24,044 nucleotides of DNA from Candidatus Woesearchaeota archaeon (lineage in GTDB: Archaea > Nanobdellota > Nanobdellia > Woesearchaeales > GW2011-AR4). The translations under genes were made by a program, and so were the position numbers. Every line of letters begins with the position of its first letter. The first letter of the stretch is position 1. The stretch is from NCBI GenBank assembly GCA_016181305.1, contig JACOZN010000020.1, positions 1 to 24,044 on the forward strand, read 5' to 3'. The notes under the pieces were generated by a model. That model saw only the letters and a list, made by a program, of their open reading frames with translations, did no database searches and was not told the DNA's origin. Positions 8,421-15,589 of this stretch are shown here, piece after piece.

Positions 8421-8828
8421 ATGAAAAAGAGAGGGGACACAACAGCCTTTTGGTTTTTTGTAGAGACAATAGTGGCAATTGTTATAGTCTTTATGATTGT
8501 CGATGTTTCTGTGGCTCGCGCAGAGGGCAAAATCTACGAGAAGCTGAACATTGCCAAGGACATTGCAATGCAGATAAATACATTGTCAGGCATTTCAGGA
8601 GATGCATACATAGTAAACAAAAACCTACATGGTTATTCTTTGCACTTTTTTGATAATAGGATAGAAGTTTTTGAAAACAGCTTTGAGCAATCCAAAGGCA
8701 TCTACTATTTTGTAAAGATAGGTGATACAAAACTTGACTTAAGGCTGGACAAACCAAAACAGGTTGTGGTGGCAAAAATAAACAATGAAATAGCGGTTTC
8801 AGAGGATATTCCAAGCGCAATCAAATGA
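8421..8828 (+). CDS. Prepilin-like protein, 135 aa
   Basis: MKKRG|DTTAFWFFVETIVAIVIVFMIV. TATA-like TTTAAAT at 8393-8399. Confidence 0.8.
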   Translation: MKKRGDTTAFWFFVETIVAIVIVFMIVDVSVARAEGKIYEKLNIAKDIAMQINTLSGISGDAYIVNKNLHGYSLHFFDNRIEVFENSFEQSKGIYYFVKIGDTKLDLRLDKPKQVVVAKINNEIAVSEDIPSAIK

Positions 8829-9292
8829 ACTCCAGCAAAAAAGGCGACATATTGGGGAGGAAAATGGTATTTTATGTCATAGCCATATTTGTGATTGTTG
8901 CAGCTTTTTTTGTTGTCACCCCTGCTATCGCCTCTGACAAATCCAAAATAAGCGAGTTGCCTGAGGGGCTTGAAAATTATTTTCTGATACAAAGATTCCT
9001 CAACGCCCCATCATGCTTTGCTCTTCAGGACAGGGACACAGGCAGAACTTTTCCCATGACAATAGACATAGAAAAATTCAATGAGGCAAATCTCAACAAG
9101 TGCTACAACGCCCAGGATACAAGCGTGAAGGCTTACAGGCTTACGCTCAAATACGGGAACGTTGAAAAATCACTAAGCACAAAAAACTGGCAGGGCTTCT
9201 TCAGAAAAGCTGAAACAAAGAGAGTTTTTGCATATGACAACGGCAATGTGCAAAAAGCCGAACTGATTATAGAAACCCAAAATGCAAAATAA
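8825..9292 (+). CDS. Prepilin-like protein, 155 aa
   Basis: MNSSKKG|DILGRKMVFYVIAIFVIVAAFFVV. ATGA overlap. Confidence 0.8.
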   Translation: MNSSKKGDILGRKMVFYVIAIFVIVAAFFVVTPAIASDKSKISELPEGLENYFLIQRFLNAPSCFALQDRDTGRTFPMTIDIEKFNEANLNKCYNAQDTSVKAYRLTLKYGNVEKSLSTKNWQGFFRKAETKRVFAYDNGNVQKAELIIETQNAK

Positions 9293-9782
9293 GAAATCGC
9301 AAATTGAGGACTTGCTGTCTTTTTTGGCTGCAATAGTAATTATAGTATTTGTGGTTTTTTTCTTTCCATCAAGAAGTATAGCCGGAACAAAAGCTGTGCA
9401 GGAAAAAATAAACCTTCAAATGATAAGCAAGGATTCCGAGCAGTTACTGATTAGTTACCTCAGGACTCCATTAAACAATGACGTTGATGTAGCAGAAGCA
9501 GTTAATACTTATTTTGTCAGTAATGATGAAAATTTGCTGAATCAGATAAAAACTCTTGCTCATGAATTCTTTTCAAAGAGTTACTTAGAAACAGACAGCT
9601 CTTCATGGTCGTTGGAGATAAGATATCCCGGGAAAAGTTCGCTCATAATTGAGCCGGAAAAAGCAAGGACAAATTACATTTTAAGAAAAGAAATTTCTGT
9701 TGTAACTATCCCAACACAATTTTTTGATAAGCAAATAGAACTTAAGATGTTTTTAGTCCAAACAAAATATGTTCCAAAATGA
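9282..9782 (+). CDS. Prepilin-like protein, 166 aa
   Basis: MQNKKS|QIEDLLSFLAAIVIIVFVVFFF. Confidence 0.8.
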   Translation: MQNKKSQIEDLLSFLAAIVIIVFVVFFFPSRSIAGTKAVQEKINLQMISKDSEQLLISYLRTPLNNDVDVAEAVNTYFVSNDENLLNQIKTLAHEFFSKSYLETDSSSWSLEIRYPGKSSLIIEPEKARTNYILRKEISVVTIPTQFFDKQIELKMFLVQTKYVPK

Positions 9783-10927
9783 AGCCAAGAAAATCGCAAA
9801 TGCTGCTTTGGGGTGTAAGTGTGGGAATTATAGCTGCAATCATACTCTCCCTATTCTCCAATTTAACTAAAAAGGATTTTGATGCAATTGGAGCATCATC
9901 CCTAATGCTTGTTGGAGCGTCAAATGAGGCAGAGAAAACATTACTCTACATAGATCAATCAGCAAAATATTCCTTGCAACAAGCTGTGTACGAATTGAGC
10001 AAAAGCGGGGGAATTCCAGATTACGTTACTGTTGATGAGATATTCTCAGAAACATTAGTCTCAACAAGTGCACAATGCAGCAAGTTTTTCGGCTATTCCC
10101 TATGGTATGATAAGACAAAAGATTCTGAAGAGGCAATATCATGCTTTGATGCAAGCCAGTCAACCAGCAACCTTCAGTATTTGTTTAACAAAAATCTGAA
10201 TCAATACTTATCGGCTTATCCGCATAACATACCGCAAGACAATTACGAGTATGAGGTAAGGGACAAATTAGAGATTATCGGAAAAGCCGCCAAGCCATTG
10301 AGGTTTGACATTTTAAAGGACGAATCAAAAAAGGCTGTCAAGGAAGCAACTGAAGCCAAGATAGAAACTCCAAAAGGATTGGTGGACTTCAGGGATTTTA
10401 CCGACTCTAGTTTTTGTGCAAAAGGTGTAATTTGCATGTTAACGGAGGATGCATATGAACTGCTGGTTAAGGCTGATGCCTTGGCAAAGCAAAAATTCAG
10501 GGAAAGAAACATAAGAGCAGAATGCTTAAGCAATGACGAGCCATGCCTTCAGATTAACTCAGCATACAGGGACATTAAAAAGCAGATCTATCTTTGGGAG
10601 GTTGCATATAAAAATGTGCCTCTTGAACAGAGAAGGAAAAAAGTATGCTACCCTTACGGCAATGATGTTGAGCAAAGATGCCCGCATCTTACGGGAAACG
10701 CAGTTGATGTTGTTTTCAAGGGAAAGACGACAAAAACGATGAATGGTGATGACTGGAGGTTATTGCATACAATAATGACTGGTGTAAAAAATCAAAATGG
10801 AGAAACAGGATGGGTAAGGTACGGCAATGAGAAGGACCCAAGCATAGGCGAGCCGTGGCATTTTGAATGCTGCGGGACAGACAGGTATGCAAAGGCAAAA
10901 GCGCAGGGGGTGACTGCAATAGCCTAA
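9779..10927 (+). CDS. Prepilin-like protein fused to a C-terminal M15 (VanY/D-Ala-D-Ala carboxypeptidase-like) Zn peptidase
   Basis: N-terminus MKPRKS|QMLLWGVSVGIIAAIILSLF. C-terminal domain (~10547-10867) carries INSAYR-x4-Q, CPHLTGNAVD (variant of S-x-H-x2-G-x-A-x-D) and EPWHFE (E-x2-H). Confidence 0.8.
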   Translation: MKPRKSQMLLWGVSVGIIAAIILSLFSNLTKKDFDAIGASSLMLVGASNEAEKTLLYIDQSAKYSLQQAVYELSKSGGIPDYVTVDEIFSETLVSTSAQCSKFFGYSLWYDKTKDSEEAISCFDASQSTSNLQYLFNKNLNQYLSAYPHNIPQDNYEYEVRDKLEIIGKAAKPLRFDILKDESKKAVKEATEAKIETPKGLVDFRDFTDSSFCAKGVICMLTEDAYELLVKADALAKQKFRERNIRAECLSNDEPCLQINSAYRDIKKQIYLWEVAYKNVPLEQRRKKVCYPYGNDVEQRCPHLTGNAVDVVFKGKTTKTMNGDDWRLLHTIMTGVKNQNGETGWVRYGNEKDPSIGEPWHFECCGTDRYAKAKAQGVTAIA

Positions 10928-10928
10928 A

Positions 10929-11909
10929 ATGGAAGCGAAAGACTTTATTTTGCTGATGATGCTGCCACTAATATTAGTTGGTATAGTAATCTACACAGAT
11001 AAAAATCCTCCAGTAACTGGCGCAGTCACGGCTAAGCAAACAGAAAGCAATGTTATAGGGACTTATTCCATAAACCCTTCTTTCAAGGCAAAGATTGATT
11101 ATGATTTAAGTGATTATAATAAAATAAAAGAGCAGCTTGATTTTATAATTGTATGCAAACAAAATGACGGAGATATAGAATCATGTATGCAACAGGCACA
11201 GAACGATGAACAATTTAAAGATCATAAATTTGAATGGGTTTTAAACTGTGATAAAGAAGCCAAAAAAGTCCAAGGCGCGGAAAAAGTTCTATACGATTTT
11301 GCTGAATTTTTCCAGAACTGCATTGATTCAGAAGACAATAATTGCTTATGTATTAAGGACGATTTTAGGTTATCAAAAGAAAAAATAAATGAATATGGGT
11401 TGTCAAACAAAAAATATGAAATTGTATTCAAAGACAAACCGTCACTTAGACAAATAGAGGCAAGTCTCTCAAAAATAAATGATAAATCAGCAGATTATTA
11501 CTTATCACAAAGCGTTGATACAAAAGGCATATCAATTTGGACACCAAACCTATACATAATAGCCTATACCAACAATAAATTGTTTCTTAATCTAATTTTT
11601 ATGGAAATAACAGGAATATTTCGTAGTCTAGGACCTATGAATGAGATAGTGCTTTACAAGAACTACAACAGCACAAGCCAAATAATGTCAATTGATTTTG
11701 TAAGGCAGGAAGGAGAAAATCTTGTTTATCCAACTCTTGGTAAGATTACCAAAAAACCAGATGATTTACATCCGTGCCAAATAAAATCCAAGAACATTTA
11801 CAAATTTTGCGTCACTAAAAAAGACACAAAAGTAACGGTTTATGATAATATTGACAGGCAGGTTAAGGAAAGAAATGTCACGATAAAGTTTGCTGCTTAC
11901 ATACCTTAA
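10929..11909 (+). CDS. N-terminally membrane-anchored hypothetical protein, 326 aa
   Basis: FILLMMLPLILVGIVIYT TM helix followed by PPVTGAV. No class III basic motif. Starts 1 nt after the peptidase gene stop. Confidence 0.7.
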   Translation: MEAKDFILLMMLPLILVGIVIYTDKNPPVTGAVTAKQTESNVIGTYSINPSFKAKIDYDLSDYNKIKEQLDFIIVCKQNDGDIESCMQQAQNDEQFKDHKFEWVLNCDKEAKKVQGAEKVLYDFAEFFQNCIDSEDNNCLCIKDDFRLSKEKINEYGLSNKKYEIVFKDKPSLRQIEASLSKINDKSADYYLSQSVDTKGISIWTPNLYIIAYTNNKLFLNLIFMEITGIFRSLGPMNEIVLYKNYNSTSQIMSIDFVRQEGENLVYPTLGKITKKPDDLHPCQIKSKNIYKFCVTKKDTKVTVYDNIDRQVKERNVTIKFAAYIP

Positions 11910-11939
11910 AGATATTTTATAAAAAAATTTAATCAAAAA

Positions 11940-12072
11940 ACGAGAGACCTGTTGCTCGCATTGCAGGTATGCGCTTTCTAAGCATTAATGGGTGCTCCTC
12001 AAGGACTGCTTTCAGGCAAAGAAGCGCAAGCGGATTACTTTCCTTGCTTTTGCATCACAAAGTCGCTCTCGT
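11940..12072. ncRNA. Unidentified multi-stem structured element (candidate ncRNA or MITE-like element)
   Basis: Terminal inverted repeat ACGAGAG (11940-11946)/CTCTCGT (12066-12072). Internal stems ACCTG/CAGGT, GCGCTT/AAGCGC, AGCA/TGCT and GCAAG/CTTGC. Flanks are AT-rich, with TTTATAAA at ~11916-11923 and a T-run after the 3' end. Confidence 0.4.
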
Positions 12073-12125
12073 GATTTTTAACATTTTATCGATTTGTTTG
12101 ATGTATGTCAAAAAAAATCCAAAAC

Positions 12126-12134
12126 ATATATAAA
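12126..12134 (+). promoter_or_regulatory. TATA box for rpa
   Basis: ATATATAAA 23-31 nt upstream of ATG 12157. Confidence 0.55.
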
Positions 12135-12156
12135 CCATTTCCCCAACCCCTTGTTT

Positions 12157-13149
12157 ATGATTAAGATTCCTTACGAGGAGATTGTTCTCAAGATAAACGA
12201 AAAGGCAAAGATTCCTGTCTCAGAGATAGAGGATAGGGTTGAGAAGAAGATGAAGCAGCTTTCCGGATTGATAAGCAAGGAAGGGGCTGCGCATATTGTT
12301 GCCAATGAGCTTGGAGCAAAGATTTTTGAGCCATTGAGCGGCAAGCTGCAGATTAAGAACATACTTACGGGCATGAGGGATGTTGAGGCTGTCGGCAAGG
12401 TCCTGCAAGTCTATGACACAAGGGAGTTCATGAGGGGGGATGCCTTAAGCAAGGTTGCTTCAATTCTGATTGGAGATGAGACTGGCACTATAAGGGCTGT
12501 TTTGTGGGGCTCTCAAGCTGACAATGCAGCCAATCTTGGCTTGAATGATGTTGTAAAAATTGTCGGTGCTTATGTCCGCGAGAACAACGGAAGGAAGGAA
12601 TTGCACTTGAATGACAGGTCGCAGTTGCTCATTAATCCAAAAGGGGAAGTTGTCAGCGAGGTTTTTGCAGAGGCAAAAACAGGAGCCAGGAAGGAAATTA
12701 AAAGCCTTGGTGAGAATGATTTTGATGTTGAATTATTGGGCACAATCGTGCAGGTTTTTGACGTTAAGTTTTATGAAATCTGCCCGAGGTGCGGGAAAAG
12801 GGCAAAGCCGACTGCCGCATTGTTTGAGTGCGCAGAGCACGGCAATGTTATTCCTGCCTATTCATATGTATTGAATGCAGTCCTTGATGATGGCACAGAG
12901 ACAATAAGGTGCGTTTTCTTCAGGCAGCAGGTTGAAAAGTTGCTTGGCTTGAATCAGGAGCAGCTGTTGAATTTCAGGAGCAATCCTGCTGATTTTGAGG
13001 TTGTTAAAAACGAACTGCTTGGCACTATTGTAAAGCTAAATGGAAAGACAAACAAGAACTCCATGTTTGACAGGCTGGAGTTTGTTGCCAACAATGTTGA
13101 TGCAAAGCCGAATCCCGAAGAGGAAATGAAGAGATTGCAGGGAAACTAA
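12157..13149 (+). CDS. rpa: Replication protein A (archaeal RPA; OB folds plus Zn finger)
   Basis: Start re-called to ATG 12157 (MIKIPYEEIV). OB-fold signature IGDETGTIRAVLWG, second LDDGTETIRCVFF, and Zn ligands CPRC...C-x2-H. Confidence 0.85.
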   Translation: MIKIPYEEIVLKINEKAKIPVSEIEDRVEKKMKQLSGLISKEGAAHIVANELGAKIFEPLSGKLQIKNILTGMRDVEAVGKVLQVYDTREFMRGDALSKVASILIGDETGTIRAVLWGSQADNAANLGLNDVVKIVGAYVRENNGRKELHLNDRSQLLINPKGEVVSEVFAEAKTGARKEIKSLGENDFDVELLGTIVQVFDVKFYEICPRCGKRAKPTAALFECAEHGNVIPAYSYVLNAVLDDGTETIRCVFFRQQVEKLLGLNQEQLLNFRSNPADFEVVKNELLGTIVKLNGKTNKNSMFDRLEFVANNVDAKPNPEEEMKRLQGN

Positions 13150-14066
13150 TTTTGTTTATAGAATGAACTACTATCTGTCCTGTAAAAACCATTTATGTCA
13201 GAACCGAGATACATATCATTAGAACTTACGTTAAGTTTAAATTTTTCTACTTTTATATTAACTAAACCACCTTCTTTTTCTAGAGATCCCCTTTTATCAT
13301 AAATACTCATAGTTAAATTACCTATGTCTGACCAAACCAAAAAGACCCATATAAGTGTGTTATTGTTTCTGTATCTACTTATATTATATTTTAATTCAAT
13401 GGTATTATAATCTGTTTGATATAATTTCCAAACTAAAAAATCATATTCATCAATGAATAAAGAAAATCTATCTTTGATTTCACTATCTCCAATATCCATT
13501 ATAAATTCTTTTCTAGCATTAAAATCATATTTTTTTGTATTTATTATAAATAAAAAAGTCTGATTCGGTGAAGAGAAAAGACCTTCATTCCTAATCTTTA
13601 ATAAATCACATTGCTTTATTAATTCACTTTTATCAGTAATATCTTCTAATATGCCTTTACCAATTAGACTACTTAGTTTAGCAATTGTTTCTTCTTTACA
13701 TTTTTGTTTTTTTTCTTTTAATATTTCTAGGACTTGTGGATTAGTTGGATCTAATTGAAATGACCTGAATTGTTCAAAAGTTATTTCGGGTATTAAACTT
13801 CTAACTAAATCTAATTTAGTATCGATCTCTGACAGCATTTGATCCTCTTTTTTTGAATAGTATTGTGTGATAAAAAAAGAAATTAAAATCGAAAATATTA
13901 TTGTAATGACCAGAGGAATAATTATTTTTTTATCTTTATACCATGGTTTTTTAATAGTATCAAAATCAAATGTTAATTTTGATAATTTTTTAGATATGTC
14001 TTTGATAGTAGTTTCTTGCTTTTCTTTTTTATCTAATTGATCAAATTTTTCACTAGTTTTGTGCAT
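13146..14066 (-). CDS. AT-rich single-TM hypothetical protein, 306 aa
   Basis: Long ORF with TM IIIPLVITIIFSILISFFITQYY. Very low GC (9/60 in 13381-13440). The C-terminus has only a weak resemblance to LamG/ConA beta-sandwiches. Confidence 0.65.
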   Translation of the reverse strand: MHKTSEKFDQLDKKEKQETTIKDISKKLSKLTFDFDTIKKPWYKDKKIIIPLVITIIFSILISFFITQYYSKKEDQMLSEIDTKLDLVRSLIPEITFEQFRSFQLDPTNPQVLEILKEKKQKCKEETIAKLSSLIGKGILEDITDKSELIKQCDLLKIRNEGLFSSPNQTFLFIINTKKYDFNARKEFIMDIGDSEIKDRFSLFIDEYDFLVWKLYQTDYNTIELKYNISRYRNNNTLIWVFLVWSDIGNLTMSIYDKRGSLEKEGGLVNIKVEKFKLNVSSNDMYLGSDINGFYRTDSSSFYKQN

Positions 14067-14162
14067 CTTATTCGTTAAGTAATCTAAACTAATTTATAAA
14101 TTAGATTGAAATTTCTTTTCCATATAGCAAACAACCACTGGACACTGGACATCTGTGCCTAA

Positions 14163-14172
14163 AATATATAAA
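14163..14172 (+). promoter_or_regulatory. TATA box upstream of the structured leader
   Basis: AATATATAAA. The expected TSS near 14195 falls just before the first hairpin at 14199. Confidence 0.55.
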
Positions 14173-14198
14173 CTAACTCTACTCTACTACTTGTTGAA

Positions 14199-14318
14199 GT
14201 TGTTGCAAAACAGCTTTACCCAGCCTCTGGAATGTTGAGGAAATGGCGTAAATCCGCCTAAGGCCAAGGCATTCCTAATTAAAGAGGCTTTGAAACAAAA
14301 CGCGAAAGCAAGGGTGAA
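14199..14318 (+). promoter_or_regulatory. Candidate cis-regulatory structured 5' leader that occludes the SD
   Basis: GUUGUU-GCAA-AACAGC (14199-14214); UUUACCC/GGGUGAA (14215-14221/14312-14318); AGCCUCU/AGAGGCU (14222-14228/14283-14289); GGAAUGUU/GGCAUUCC (14229-14236/14268-14275); GGCG/CGCC (14245-14248/14255-14258); GC-GAAA-GC (14302-14309). Confidence 0.55.
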
Positions 14319-14321
14319 AAA

Positions 14322-14618
14322 ATGGAAAATAGAAATGTGCCTGAAAAGAAATTCAGCACAGGTGTTATAACTGCCACAGTCTGGCAAAACCAGGGAAAAG
14401 GCAGAAACGGGGAAATAGTGGGATACAGAACTGTTTCTTTGCAGAGGAGATATAAAGACAAAAACGGCGTATGGCAAAGCGCTAACTCTTTCAGGGTCAA
14501 TGACCTGCCAAGGGCATCATTGGTGCTGCAGAAAGCCTACGAATACTTGGTTCTCAGGGAGCAAGAAGCTGCCTCTGACTACTCTGTAGACGAGGACATC
14601 ATAGAAGAGGTTATTTAG
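14322..14618 (+). CDS. Small putative ssDNA-binding (PC4/Whirly-like) protein, 98 aa
   Basis: PEKKF-x-TG-x-ITATVWQN...YRTVSLQRRYKDKNGVWQSANSFRVNDLP with an acidic C-terminal tail. SD GGGTGA at 14312-14317. The fold assignment is from memory of similar proteins. Confidence 0.6.
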   Translation: MENRNVPEKKFSTGVITATVWQNQGKGRNGEIVGYRTVSLQRRYKDKNGVWQSANSFRVNDLPRASLVLQKAYEYLVLREQEAASDYSVDEDIIEEVI

Positions 14619-14684
14619 CCTCTTTCTAAACCAAAAGTATAAAAAACAAAGGTGATTATAAAATGGAACAAGAGCTAATAGAAG

Positions 14685-15575
14685 TTGAGCCAAACAACAG
14701 AAGGAAAAAGACATGACCTGATGAGCATAGCAGTCGCAACTCCGGCAGAATTGGTTGATGCAACCGGCATGAGCGATGCAGTCGCAAAGAAGATGATTGC
14801 AGTCGCAAGGTCTTCATTGGAAATGGGCTTTGAGTCAGGAGAAGAACTTCTTAAAAGAAGGGAAAAAGTCCAAAGAATAAAAACAGGAAGCAAAAACTTT
14901 GATGCATTGCTCGGCGGCGGACTTGAAACAGGCGCGATTGTGGAATGCTTTGGAGAATTCGGCTCAGGCAAAACCCAGATTGGGCATGTTTTGGCAGTAA
15001 ACAGCCAGTCAATTGAAAAAGATGCAGTTGCAGTCTACATCGACACAGAAAACACTTTTCGCCCAGAGAGAATAATCCAATTGGCAAAAGGCGCTGGCTT
15101 GGATGAAGAGCAGGTGCTGAAAAACATCAAAGTGGCAAGAGCATACAACTCTGACCACCAGATGCTGCTGGCAGAAAAAATAGAGGACTTAATCAAGAAG
15201 CAGGGCTTGAACGTCAAGCTTGTTGTGATTGACTCATTGACAGCTCATTTCAGGGCAGAGTTCATCGGCAGAGGGACATTGGCTGACAGGCAGCAGAAGC
15301 TTAACAAGCACATGCACATTTTGCTTAAATTGGCTGACACGCACAATCTTTGCGTTTATGTAACCAATCAAGTCATGGCAAAGCCTGACATGTTCTTCGG
15401 CGACCCGACACAGGCAATTGGCGGGCATATTGTTGCGCATGCGTCAACCTTCAGGGTTTACCTCAGAAAAGGCAAGAAAGGCACAAGAGTTGCAAAACTC
15501 ATTGATTCCCCCAATATGCCAGAAGGCGAGGCAGGATTCTATGTTGACGAGACTGGAGTAAAAGACGTAGAATAA
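14685..15575 (+). CDS. radA: DNA repair and recombination protein RadA (N-terminus apparently disrupted)
   Basis: Polymerisation motif MGF, Walker A GEFGSGKT, Walker B LVVIDS, YVTNQV and [10 protein letters not shown]. The SD-led ATG at 14663 is in a different frame and stops at 14714-14716. Confidence 0.9.
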   Translation: MSQTTEGKRHDLMSIAVATPAELVDATGMSDAVAKKMIAVARSSLEMGFESGEELLKRREKVQRIKTGSKNFDALLGGGLETGAIVECFGEFGSGKTQIGHVLAVNSQSIEKDAVAVYIDTENTFRPERIIQLAKGAGLDEEQVLKNIKVARAYNSDHQMLLAEKIEDLIKKQGLNVKLVVIDSLTAHFRAEFIGRGTLADRQQKLNKHMHILLKLADTHNLCVYVTNQVMAKPDMFFGDPTQAIGGHIVAHASTFRVYLRKGKKGTRVAKLIDSPNMPEGEAGFYVDETGVKDVE

Positions 15576-15589
15576 TTTTTTCTTATTTC

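Noticed and set aside
1549-10927. Archaellum (archaellin/fla operon)
   Set aside because: None of the proteins has the archaellin G-x2-G-IGTLIVFIAMVLVAAVAA-type N-terminus, and no flaF/G/H/I/J genes are present.
11940-12072. Assignment of the structured element as RNase P, SRP, 5S rRNA or TPP riboswitch
   Set aside because: Only fragments match (AGGAAAGU and GAGCAA on the minus strand; CAGG...GCAAGC and GGGUGC on the plus strand). The RNase P P4 partner, the SRP helix 8 stem-loop, the 5S loop C and the TPP CUGAGA motif are missing.
13146-13400. LamG/concanavalin-like domain call for the AT-rich ORF
   Set aside because: The resemblance (VFLVWSD-x-G-x-L...MYLGSD) is weak and partial, so it cannot be supported without a profile search.
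14136-14190. Short tandem repeats CACTGGA x2 and CTACT-like runs
   Set aside because: Too short and low-copy to distinguish from chance. They do not form a CRISPR or iteron pattern.
14699-14716. Programmed ribosomal frameshift restoring radA
   Set aside because: A +1 shift would be needed, there is no canonical -1 slippery heptamer in the right register, and a shift would still not supply the missing helix-hairpin-helix residues.
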